Shown here in pieces: positions 9,997 to 19,900 of a stretch of DNA of 64,000 nucleotides. Source of the DNA: Candidatus Pullibacteroides excrementavium (GTDB lineage: Bacteria > Bacteroidota > Bacteroidia > Bacteroidales > P3); NCBI GenBank assembly GCA_017694335.1, contig JADIMZ010000004.1, positions 15,033 through 79,032 of the forward strand, given 5' to 3'. The first letter of the stretch is position 1; each line of letters opens with the position of its first letter. Below the pieces are notes generated by a model, which ran no database searches, had not been told where the DNA came from, and was given only the letters and a program-made list of their open reading frames with translations. The position numbers and the translations under genes were made by a program.

Positions 9997-11823
9997 ATGA
10001 AGGCGGCATTGAGCAAACGGATGACGGCCCTGTTGGCGGGAGGCATGCTGGCGGCATGCTTCCCGTCCGGCATGGGGCAAGATGTCTACCTTTCCGAGGA
10101 CTTTTCCGCGTTCAGCCTTTTTGCCGGCGCATGGTCCGGGCCGGAAAGCGATACGGCACATTTCATGGTGGTCCCTTCGGCCAATGCCGGTGGGGCGGCC
10201 CCTGAATTGGTGATGGGTTGCGGAGCGGATCTGGGTTTGCCCAAGATAAATGACACCGTCCGCCTGGCCACCTCTCCCGTTTTGTTGGGCGAAAAGGAAA
10301 ATCTATTGGTTTTCAAATCCTTCTATTTTTCTTCCAAATCTTCCAACAAGCGGAACTTCGGTATCGAAGTCCGTGAAGAAGGAGGGTCGTGGACATGCCT
10401 TTACGCCAAGCGCACGTCCGTGAGCGGCTTGCAGACTACCGAGGTGGAAAAGATCCGGATGGCTTTGCCCGATTCCTTGGCGGGAAAAACGGTACAGATC
10501 GCTTTCTTCCTGTGCAATTCCGACCCTGTCTCGGCCGACTATCTCTGGTATGTGGACGATGTCATGCTGGCGGCTTATTCCGATTCGGCCGATGCGTCGC
10601 TTCGTTACCAGGGTGAAACCTACAGTCTGGAAGAGGAATATTCCATGGCTTTGGAGCTGACGAACGCTTCCACGCAGGCCTTTTCCCGTTGCAGCGGTTA
10701 TTACGCCATAGACGGCGGGCAGCCTGCGCCTTTCAGCCGGGAATTCCTTTCGCCTTTGCAGGCAGGGGAGACCGTCTCGTTGCGGATTCCGGTTCCGGAA
10801 TGGGCCGGATTGGAAGGCGGGAGGCGTGGTTTTGCGGCATGGGTGGCCAGCTTGGATACGGTAACTGTAGCCGAGCCGGATACCTTGCGCTTCAGCGTGG
10901 TCAAGGTGGATTCTTCCCGGCGTTTTCCCCAGACACCCTTGCTGGAGATTTTCGGCAGCGTGTACTGTTCCCATTGCGCAGCGGCCAACGAGTACATGAA
11001 CCCGGTTCTGGAAGCCATGGGCGACACGGTGAGCGTCATCAAGTACCATACCACCTTCATGGGCAACGACCCTTATGCCACCCAGACGGGAGATGACCGT
11101 TTCCTGTGGTATTACAGCCCCAGCGACGGCTTGCCGCGCATGAACGGGAACGGGGCTGTATGGCCCAAGGAAGGGCCGGGAGCCATCAATGCCTTGCGTG
11201 CTTTGCTGGATACCCACCCGGAAACCTTCCTTTCCATCCGTTTCGATACGGTTTATCTGGATGCGGACGGCCATGTGCGGGGCATGGTTGTTGTCCGTAG
11301 CACGGCCGATGTCTCCGGCTTGGAGGTCTTTGTGGCTTTGACCCAAGGTGCGGTCGGCGGAGAATACCATGATGTATTGCGGAGCCTGAGTCCGGTGGAC
11401 GGTGCTTTCGGCCTCTCGTTCGAAATGGATTCTTCCTGCCTTTACGAACTGGATTTCGATGCTTCTTATCTGGAAGAAGAGGCACGGGAAGACCTTTCCT
11501 TGGTGGTTTTTGTGCAGGAAGGCGATGCCAGGCAGGTCTTGCAGAGCGCTTCCGCCAAGGTGTCCGTGCCAGGGGGTGGAGGAGTTGGCAATGAGGATGA
11601 TGGCGATGCAGGGGCATATTCCGGCGAATCGGTTCCGGGCGTGAGCGTATATGCGCAGGATCGTGTGATTTATGTGAAGAACAACGCTTCTTCATGCTAC
11701 CAGGTGTTCAACTTGCAAGGACATCTGATTTACGAAGGCCGTGATGCATCGGTTGCCGTGGATGCCCCCGGGCTTTATTTGGTACGTATCGGTGCCAAAG
11801 TCTGGAAGGTGGCGGTGCTTTAG
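9997..11823 (+). CDS. T9SS-secreted protein (island gene C) with MAM/J-like, CARDB-like and thioredoxin-fold 'Omp28-related' CxxC modules
   Basis: ATG at 9997, 50 nt after the gene B stop. Hydrophobic N-terminus MTALLAGGMLAAC. Block LLEIFGSVYCSHCAAANEYMNPVLE aligns with VLEEFTGVNCGNCPDGH (gene H) and VLEEYTGVGCPNCPSRH (gene I). CTD ...APGLYLVRIGAKVWKVAVL. Confidence 0.8.
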   Translation: MKAALSKRMTALLAGGMLAACFPSGMGQDVYLSEDFSAFSLFAGAWSGPESDTAHFMVVPSANAGGAAPELVMGCGADLGLPKINDTVRLATSPVLLGEKENLLVFKSFYFSSKSSNKRNFGIEVREEGGSWTCLYAKRTSVSGLQTTEVEKIRMALPDSLAGKTVQIAFFLCNSDPVSADYLWYVDDVMLAAYSDSADASLRYQGETYSLEEEYSMALELTNASTQAFSRCSGYYAIDGGQPAPFSREFLSPLQAGETVSLRIPVPEWAGLEGGRRGFAAWVASLDTVTVAEPDTLRFSVVKVDSSRRFPQTPLLEIFGSVYCSHCAAANEYMNPVLEAMGDTVSVIKYHTTFMGNDPYATQTGDDRFLWYYSPSDGLPRMNGNGAVWPKEGPGAINALRALLDTHPETFLSIRFDTVYLDADGHVRGMVVVRSTADVSGLEVFVALTQGAVGGEYHDVLRSLSPVDGAFGLSFEMDSSCLYELDFDASYLEEEAREDLSLVVFVQEGDARQVLQSASAKVSVPGGGGVGNEDDGDAGAYSGESVPGVSVYAQDRVIYVKNNASSCYQVFNLQGHLIYEGRDASVAVDAPGLYLVRIGAKVWKVAVL

Positions 11824-11912
11824 GGAATCCTGCCTTCCGGAGAAAGGGACGGCAGTTTGCAGCCTCCGGCTTTCTTCGGATTCCTTGGGAAATGCGGTTC
11901 CGCCATCACGCT

Positions 11913-11929
11913 TTGGAAACAGTTTCCAA
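11913..11929. promoter_or_regulatory. 17-nt palindrome TTGGAAAC-A-GTTTCCAA, possible operator
   Basis: Perfect 8+8 inverted repeat with a 1-nt centre, too tight for a simple hairpin loop. It lies 70 nt upstream of the gene D ATG and is followed by an A-rich tract, not a T-run. Confidence 0.3.
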
Positions 11930-11998
11930 GAAAAAAGAAAAAGCAAGCTGCTGCGGCAGACTTGCCTGAAAACAAATACTAACCTAAAACCAAATGTT

Positions 11999-14900
11999 AT
12001 GAAACGATTGATGTTGATTTTAACCGCCATGGCAGCGGGCTTGTCCTTTTCGCAAGGGCAGGTGGAAGACTATACGCTCGCCTGGGCGGAAGGAACTCCT
12101 TTCTTGGCAGCACCTGGAAATGCAACCGTTGTGGCTACCGGTAGCGATAATGCCATTTATACGATTACAGACAGGTATGATGATGTCTATAATTACGATG
12201 TGACTTGTTATGTTTACGGGCAGACTGCCTCTGAGGTAACTGCGACATACAACGGCAGTACGTATTCCCATGATATTTCAGGAAATACAGGCATCAAGGG
12301 GATTGCCCTTCCTTTTGATTTCTATTACAACGGGAAGACCATGAAATATGTCCTGCCGATGGCCGATGGCCGTATCGCCTTGTCGGAACAGGAAGACATG
12401 TCGGACATGGCCAAGCCTTATGTGACTATTTTTAACATGAACGAGACAGGGCTGGATGCTGTCATGTTCGAGGTGTATGCGTATGACGACAATTTTCAGC
12501 AGGCCATCGGGAACAGGGTCCTTAAATCGGGCGGTTCCGTCAAGTATTGGACCACGGAAGACAATGTCTTTGTTGTGGAATACAAGGATGTTGAAATCAA
12601 TAACAGCTATATCGCTGACGAGAACATGAAAATAGCTCTGACCTTGAGCTGGCAGGTGCAGTTCAAGCAAGATGGGTCGGTTACTTTTGCCATCGATGGG
12701 ATCGAGGATACCGACTTTACCAATGTGAGCACGGAAAACTTCTCTTTTGGCATAACCAATACGGCGTTCATGGCCGCTTTCCCTTTCTTTGAATCCGGTA
12801 CTGTCCAGCGGGTCACGCATGTATACTACAATCAGTATCGGCCGCATAAGTACTTCCTGAACGGGACGAATCTGCAGTATTGGGTAAACGGAAGCGGTGT
12901 GAGTACAGATAATGCGGAGGCCGATCCCCTCTTTGCACTCTACGGGTCTACTTTTTCCGATTATCAGAGCTATGATTTACGGAAGGATGGGTTCTATCTT
13001 TTCCCGGGCTATATGTCATCGACCTCCATCGGGGTTGCTGTGACTGCGCCTTCCGCGCCAGCTGATTGCGCTGCGCCGGCAGGGACGTTTGAATTTGCCC
13101 AGCAGGAATTGCTGCCTTCTTCCACTCCTACATGGTGCTATTACATGGCTTATCCCGGGGAACAATGGGGTACTGCCGATGACTTCCTCTTCGTATTGGA
13201 TAACGATGGTACCTTGTCCTTTACCCCTCAGGACGGGCAGACATACAATGCTGCCTCCGAAATCGGGAACGGGGAAGTAGTCCTGACCTATGACAATTTT
13301 TATTGGCCGAACAATTCTTTCGGCGATCCCTACTTCTATTTCAACATGGCAACGCAAGGCAGCACCGAGTACACGGTGTATTGCTTCCCTTACAACGATT
13401 GCCGTCAGGATGGCCTGAAATATGCATCTGCTGTCGAGGTGGGCAAGTTTAACTCGCCTGAAGGCGCGCCGGAAATCAATTCCTTGACTTACACGGAAGG
13501 TGCGTTGGAATTGACATTTGATGATGCCATGCAGGGCAAGAGAGTCCTTGTCCTGTACACGGATGCGCCTTTCGACTGGAACGGGGCTTTCGGTGCCTAT
13601 GGCGAGTACCGGCCCGATGGCGGCAGTGCGAGCTTCAATCCTGATGCACAGGCCGGCGATTCCTATATGGAAGTGGACGGCATCCAGATCCGGTATGCTT
13701 ATTACGGAACTTTGGATGGTTCTTCCATCAAGATTGAAGGCCTGACTCCGAACCGGGTTTACTCGGCCATTGCCTATACGGTGACGGGTTCGGACGATGC
13801 CCTTGTTTTCACTGCCGATTGCGCGCATGCTTCCGTGTATGTTCCCGCCACGGAGGTTCCCATAAGCTTCGGGCCTTATCCGGCAACCAATCTCAATGAA
13901 TCCGGAGAAGGTACGTATCTGATATCCTATGACCAGCAGTGGCCTGATGCAGGCTGGGGCAATCAGCCGGAAGGAGTTGACATGTCCCAGTATCTTAGCC
14001 GTTTCGACATGATATTCGGATGGCAGACCCATTACGAACGTTTCATCCAGATGTCGGTTCCCGCGAACGGGACGGTTTCTTTCACCACGCCGGCTTTCAC
14101 CACTTCGCGCGAGGCCTTGACGGTCAGCATGGAATTTGCCCGGGCTGCTTCGAGCAACGCGGCGGAAGATTTCCAGTCGGGCGATTCTTTCCTCTTGGAA
14201 TACGCCCAGCCTGAGACCGATGCCGTGGATACCACTTGGAATACCGCAGAAACCTTGACATCCTTGGCTTCTTTGGCCGAGGGGAGCATCGACGGTCTGT
14301 ATTGGTGGGATGTGAACATCGACGGAATCGACCCGGAAAAACCGGTGCTGTTGCGTGTTTCGGCTACCAGTGGCGGAGATTACAGCTACTTCATGCTGGT
14401 CAGGAGAGTGAACGTCAATGAAAGGGCGGCCTGCCCCCTGCCCAGTGTCAGGGTGGTGGATGTGACCGATGCCCAAGCCTTGGCTACTTGGACAAAGACG
14501 CTGGACGAAGCTGACGGGACGAACTCCGGTTATATCTTCTCTTACGGTCCTCAAGGAGGTGCGTTCTCCGAACCCGTCCTGGTTTCCGACACTTCTTTCT
14601 TGATGGATTCCTTGCTTGCAAGCACGACCTATACGGTCAATGTCCGCGCCTTGTGCGGGGAAGGCGATACCTCGAACGTTTCGGAAAGGAATTTCACCAC
14701 CTTGCGCGGCCTCCCGTACACGATGCTGGCTGCCCAGGAATCGAGTCCTATTTCCGGTTCCAACGTCTATGCCAGCCAGAACGGGGTTTACGATCAGAGC
14801 GGGTCTGGCTGGAACGTGTACCCCATGTATATGGAAAACATCGGTTCGGTACGCGCTTTGACTATCCAGGCCATCCAAAGCGATTTGACCGATTCCGTGC

Positions 14901-16663
14901 TGGTTGCCTTGCCCGAGTTCTACAAGGAAAGCACAGGGGAACGGCAGGAATTCGTGACCTTCAAGGTAGGCGTAGGCATATACAGTTCTTCCAACCCCAT
15001 GCCGTCGACCATGGATTCCATCTTGGCGGAAACCTCCAAGCTGCAGGTCTTGCTGTCGACCGACGGTGTATTCGAGAATGCCGATGTAATCGGCGAGATT
15101 TCGGGCAGCGAGCTGGTATACGGCTCTTATGTGCCGTTTACTTTCCCGATCCAGACCGAGAACGAAGGCTTGTGCCGGATCGGTTTCGCCTGGATGAACA
15201 CGGAAGCGGATAGGACTATCCAGACAGATTACACGTATATCTTGCTCGACTCGGTTTATGTGAAGAGCGTTGTTTCTCCCTGTGACGAGATTTCCGGCCC
15301 GCTGGGCATCAACCAGGCTGATGCGGTGACTGCGACCACGGCCACCATCGTGCTGCCGGAATCGGAAGCACTGTCGTACATGTTCCGTTACGGTGTACTG
15401 GATTTCTCTGGCAACCAGCAGTGGGATACGATTTTCACGGACAACCGTGTCATCGAACTGGAAGGCTTGGCTCCGGCCACGGCCTATACGTCCGATGTAT
15501 ATCAAGCCATTGATTTGGCAGGACGCTATGTCTGCATGGATCATGTCGATTACATTGATTTTGCCACAACGGTTTCCTGCTATCCGGTAGATACTTTCGC
15601 CTTGATGGTTGCCACGCGGAACAACGCCACGTTCCAAGTGCTGGATCCGGCTACGGACAGCGCGGCCAAGGTTCTGCGTGTCTTCACCGAGGACGCTTCT
15701 TTCGACCGGGCTTACGCTTGGCCGGAAAACACCTTGTATTACACGGCCAGCGGTTTGACTGCCGGGACGGATTACATGGCTTTGGTGCGCGTGGTTTGTG
15801 CTGAAGGCGATTCCAGCATGTGGAGCGCCGATACGGTCCGTTTCTCCACCGAGGCCGAGCCTCAGCCGGTCTGCGAGGTGCCCACAGGCTTGCAAGCGGT
15901 TCCGGGCGTGGACAATGCTTCCTTGAGCTGGACTGCCGGCGAAGGGAACGAATCTTTCGAGGTATTGTACCGCGAGACATCGGCAAGCGAGTTCGATACG
16001 CTGGACTGCGCCGAGGCTTCCTACAATCTGACCGGCCTGACCGCCGAGACCTCTTATTCCTGGACGGTGATCGGGGTTTGCGGTGATTTGCGGAGCGAGG
16101 CTGCCGAAGTGGCCAGCTTCACCACGGCTTCCGAACCCGAACCGGAAAGATGCGGCGTTCCTACCGCTCTGGCTTCCGTGCCGGGCATTGACACGGTGGC
16201 GCTGAGCTGGACGGCCGGCGAGAACAATGTCAGCTTCGAAGTGATTTACAAGGAAGCTTCCGCTGCCCAGTACGATACGGTTCAGTCCGAAGAAGCTTCG
16301 TGCGTGGTCCGCGGCTTGACCAAGAAGACGGCTTACGTCTGGTCGGTACGCGGTATCTGCGAGGAAATCAGCAGCGACTTTGCTGAAGAAGCCGAGTTCG
16401 AAACCTTGGACGAAACCGCCAACGAAAACAGCTTGGCGGCTGCCTTGCGCGTGCTTTCGCAGGATGACATGATCCATATCCTCAATCCGGCCAAGATCCG
16501 GATCGACCGTGTACAGGTTTACACGACAACGGGTGCACGGGTAGCTGATTTGACGGTTCGTGCCGACAACAATGTCAGCATTCCGGTCGATGGCGGTCGC
16601 ATCCTGCTGGTGAACGTGTTCAGCGGCAGTGAGAACGCTATCTTCAAGGTTTATGTGCGCTAA
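11999..16663 (+). CDS. T9SS-secreted giant surface protein (island gene D) with five Cys-bracketed FN3-like modules
   Basis: The track ORF opens at 11741, but the first ATG followed by a signal peptide is at 11999 (MKRLMLILTAMAAGLSFSQG/QV). Five FN3-like modules lie in 14432-16405. CTD ...GGRILLVNVFSGSENAIFKVYVR. Confidence 0.8.
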   Translation: MKRLMLILTAMAAGLSFSQGQVEDYTLAWAEGTPFLAAPGNATVVATGSDNAIYTITDRYDDVYNYDVTCYVYGQTASEVTATYNGSTYSHDISGNTGIKGIALPFDFYYNGKTMKYVLPMADGRIALSEQEDMSDMAKPYVTIFNMNETGLDAVMFEVYAYDDNFQQAIGNRVLKSGGSVKYWTTEDNVFVVEYKDVEINNSYIADENMKIALTLSWQVQFKQDGSVTFAIDGIEDTDFTNVSTENFSFGITNTAFMAAFPFFESGTVQRVTHVYYNQYRPHKYFLNGTNLQYWVNGSGVSTDNAEADPLFALYGSTFSDYQSYDLRKDGFYLFPGYMSSTSIGVAVTAPSAPADCAAPAGTFEFAQQELLPSSTPTWCYYMAYPGEQWGTADDFLFVLDNDGTLSFTPQDGQTYNAASEIGNGEVVLTYDNFYWPNNSFGDPYFYFNMATQGSTEYTVYCFPYNDCRQDGLKYASAVEVGKFNSPEGAPEINSLTYTEGALELTFDDAMQGKRVLVLYTDAPFDWNGAFGAYGEYRPDGGSASFNPDAQAGDSYMEVDGIQIRYAYYGTLDGSSIKIEGLTPNRVYSAIAYTVTGSDDALVFTADCAHASVYVPATEVPISFGPYPATNLNESGEGTYLISYDQQWPDAGWGNQPEGVDMSQYLSRFDMIFGWQTHYERFIQMSVPANGTVSFTTPAFTTSREALTVSMEFARAASSNAAEDFQSGDSFLLEYAQPETDAVDTTWNTAETLTSLASLAEGSIDGLYWWDVNIDGIDPEKPVLLRVSATSGGDYSYFMLVRRVNVNERAACPLPSVRVVDVTDAQALATWTKTLDEADGTNSGYIFSYGPQGGAFSEPVLVSDTSFLMDSLLASTTYTVNVRALCGEGDTSNVSERNFTTLRGLPYTMLAAQESSPISGSNVYASQNGVYDQSGSGWNVYPMYMENIGSVRALTIQAIQSDLTDSVLVALPEFYKESTGERQEFVTFKVGVGIYSSSNPMPSTMDSILAETSKLQVLLSTDGVFENADVIGEISGSELVYGSYVPFTFPIQTENEGLCRIGFAWMNTEADRTIQTDYTYILLDSVYVKSVVSPCDEISGPLGINQADAVTATTATIVLPESEALSYMFRYGVLDFSGNQQWDTIFTDNRVIELEGLAPATAYTSDVYQAIDLAGRYVCMDHVDYIDFATTVSCYPVDTFALMVATRNNATFQVLDPATDSAAKVLRVFTEDASFDRAYAWPENTLYYTASGLTAGTDYMALVRVVCAEGDSSMWSADTVRFSTEAEPQPVCEVPTGLQAVPGVDNASLSWTAGEGNESFEVLYRETSASEFDTLDCAEASYNLTGLTAETSYSWTVIGVCGDLRSEAAEVASFTTASEPEPERCGVPTALASVPGIDTVALSWTAGENNVSFEVIYKEASAAQYDTVQSEEASCVVRGLTKKTAYVWSVRGICEEISSDFAEEAEFETLDETANENSLAAALRVLSQDDMIHILNPAKIRIDRVQVYTTTGARVADLTVRADNNVSIPVDGGRILLVNVFSGSENAIFKVYVR

Positions 16664-16688
16664 GCTTTCTCTGCGGGTTTGAAAGCGT

Positions 16689-16760
16689 GGAAGCCGTTCC
16701 GGGTTCGTCGTTTGGCTGTTTTCCGGAACGGCTTCCGTGGGTTTTCAATCCACTTTTTTT
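16689..16760 (+). terminator. strong rho-independent terminator after gene D
   Basis: 14-bp perfect stem GGAAGCCGTTCCGG (16689-16702) / CCGGAACGGCTTCC (16723-16736). A small GTGG/CCAC hairpin and a T7 run (16754-16760) follow. A further GCCCGGG/CCCGGGC hairpin lies at 16761-16790. Confidence 0.75.
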
Positions 16761-16984
16761 GCCCGGGCGGGGTGGGAACCCTTCCCGGGCGCAGTGTCTG
16801 GAGGATATGCCTTGGCGAAGATGAGGCGGCAGGCCGAGGGAGAATCAAGGCTGTCCATCCGGAAGGATAAGAGTGTGTGTTTATTGATGCCGGGTTGATG
16901 CCGGACCGGAACAGGCCGGGCGGAAGTGCCGATGCGCTTCTTCCGGATGGCGGATGAATTCGGGCCAATGATTGATAAAAATAG

Positions 16985-19900
16985 ATGAAACCAACCAAAA
17001 TGAAACGAATTGCAGCCTTGTTGGCTTTGTGTCTCTTGTCCGGGACTTTTCTCCGGGCGCAGGGGGACGCTTATGCCTTCTTTACTTCTTCCTACCGTGC
17101 CACGGTGGGTTTTATGGATTTGGAGGATCCTTCTTCGTTTTCCACCGTGCCAGGCGCGTTGGATCAGACTTCTTTCGTGCTGGCCGCCGAGGAAGCGGAG
17201 GGACGGGTGTATGCCTATACCGGCCTTTCTTTCTTCAACATGGTGATGCCGGGGGCTTTCAGCGCGGTTTCGCTCGGCGAGGATGCGTATTACGATGAGA
17301 TTCTTGCCGTTTACAATACGATGGACTATTTGTATTATGACATGGCCTACGACCGCCAGGCGGGCAGGATGTATGCGATTGCCGGTCTTCGTACCGACAA
17401 CCTGCACTGGGGCTCTTATCTCTTGGAGGTCGATATCAGCGAAGGGGACAGCTGCGGGAATTTCCGTGTGCTGGGACGCTTTGCCGAGGATTTGTGCGCC
17501 TTGGACGCGGACGAGGACGGCCATGTGTACGGCATCGGCTTGTCGGGCATGTTCTATTATGTGGATCCGGCCACGGCGGCTTTGACCGAAGTGGGGCCGA
17601 CCGGTGTGCTTCCGTCCATGACTTTCCAGAACATGGCCTTCAATCCCAACGATGGATTCCTCTACTGGAGCACGGTGGAACAGGGCGGGGTTCCTGCCTT
17701 GTACCGTGTGGACGCGCTTTCCGGGGAGGCTTCCTTGGTGGGCACCTATCCGGCCGGGTATGATTTTGTGAATGCTTTGACGATACCTTTCGGCGGTTTG
17801 TCTTCCGTGCCGGGCCGGCTGGCTGGTTTGTCTTGCCAGACAGAGAATTCCCAGGTCGTTTTGTCGTGGACGAACCCCGCCGAGGATGAAGGGGGCCAGG
17901 CTTTGGCATCCTTGTCCAAAGTGGAGATTTTCAGGGACGGGCAGCTGGTGGCTGCCGTGGAAGACGGATTGGCTGCGGGAGAAGCTTGCCAGCATGCCTT
18001 GGAGAACCAGCCTGACGGCTTGCATTACTATGGCGTGCGGGCTTGCAATGCCGACGGGAACGGGCGGTTTTCCCTGGTACGTTGCGTGGTGGGCTACGAT
18101 GTGCCGGCCGCGGTGGGGAATCTGCAAGCCCGGGCGGAAGACGGCACGGTATCCCTGTCTTGGGATGCTCCTGCCGGCGGCAAGTTCGGGGGGCGTATCG
18201 ATGAGTCCAGTCTCCAGTACCGGGTAGTCCGTTACCCGGATACGGTGGAATGGGTAATCGGGGAGAGCTCGTTCACGGATGAAGGGATTACTGTCTTAGA
18301 TAATTACAGTTATGCCGTGATACCTTTCACGCAGCATGGGCAAGGGCCTGCGACCCGGACAGGGAACATGATGGTGGGCGAGCCTCATCAGGGATATTTC
18401 GCCTGTGATTTCTCGGATGCCCGTTCCTGGACTCCTTGGACTGTGATCGATGCCAATGAGGATTATGCCGCATGGGCTTACGGGGAGTACCTGGGCAAGC
18501 CGGGAGCGGTTTTCCAGACAGGCACCAATACGGCTGACGACTGGTTGGTCCTTCCTCCGGTGGAACTGGAGGCTGGCACGTCGTACATGCTGCGGTACGA
18601 GGTGGGCACGTTGTATTTCGAGTTCGAGGAAAAACTGGAAATCCGGCTCGGGAACGCGCCCACGGTGGATGCCCTTTCCCGGACGTTGGGTACTTCTTCG
18701 GTCCTGATTGATGATCCCCGGTCTTCGAACCAGTCTTTCACCGTGGACCAGAGCGGGGTGTATTACCTTGCGTTCCGCGTGGTTTCGGAAGCTCCGGAAT
18801 CGGCCGGGCTTTTCATCAGCGATGTGGTCTTGCAGCCTTCCTTGGAGATGGACGTGGCCGTGTGGGATGTGGATTGCCCCGATTACCTCAAGGCGGGGGA
18901 AGAGACTGTGGTACGGACTACGATCCGCAATACGGGCTTGAACAGGAGCAACTCTTATAGCCTGTCGCTGGTGGACGCTGCCGGCAGAGTGCTGGCTTCC
19001 CAGAACGGGGCCACCCTTTTGAATGCCGGGCAGGAAAGCACGGTCCGGCTTTCGTACACGCCCGACCAGGCGGGTATGCAGGAGCTGCGGGTGGTAGCCG
19101 GGATGGAGGGGGATTTGCTGGCTGCCAACGACTCTTCTTTCAGGATTCCGGTCCAGGTGATGGAATCTTGCGGAGATTACATGCCTGGCACGGCGGGCAC
19201 GATGCGCCAGAACGGGATTCCTTTCTCTTTCGCGGCCAGTTCGAGCGCGAGCCAGATTGTCTATGTGGCGGGCGAGATCGGGATGGAACCGGGCGTGGTT
19301 CGCCGTATATCCTTGGAATACGAGAATGCCAACGGGATGACCGAAACACGGCCGTTCCGTCTTTATATGGCCAATACCGACCTTTCCACCTTGACGGGAG
19401 GCTGGGTTCCGGAAGAGGATTTTTCCCTTGTCTTCGACGATACGGTGGTGTTCGAACGTTTCCGCAACAAGGTGACGCTCGAGTTGGATTCTACTTTTGT
19501 GTATGACGGAGGCAACCTTTGCCTGATGGCGGTGGCTCCCGTCCATTCGCAGTTTTTCGGTTCCTTCCATTACTGGGTCGGATACCAGCGTCCGGGCGCT
19601 GCCCGCTATTGGGTCTACCAGGACGGGGAAAGTTCTTACGAGTTCGATTTCAGCCAGACGGGCATCATATCCGACAATGTGCCGTCCATTTCGCTTTGGG
19701 CCGACCATTGCGCGGGCGCTGCTTTGTCCGGGACGGTGACGGCGGCTCTGGGCGGACAGCCCATGGAAGGGGTCCGGGTGGAAATCCTCGGCAAGGGGAT
19801 TTCTGCCGTGACCGGTGCGGACGGGAAGTGGGACATGCCGTATGTGCCTTTTGCCGACACGGTGGCCGTGGCTTTCACTTGTTATGCCTATGCCGACACG

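Noticed and set aside
11741-11998. An 86-codon N-terminal extension of gene D in the track.
   Set aside because: The extension overlaps the end of gene C, is Arg/Ser/Pro-rich, and precedes a textbook signal peptide that begins at ATG 11999.
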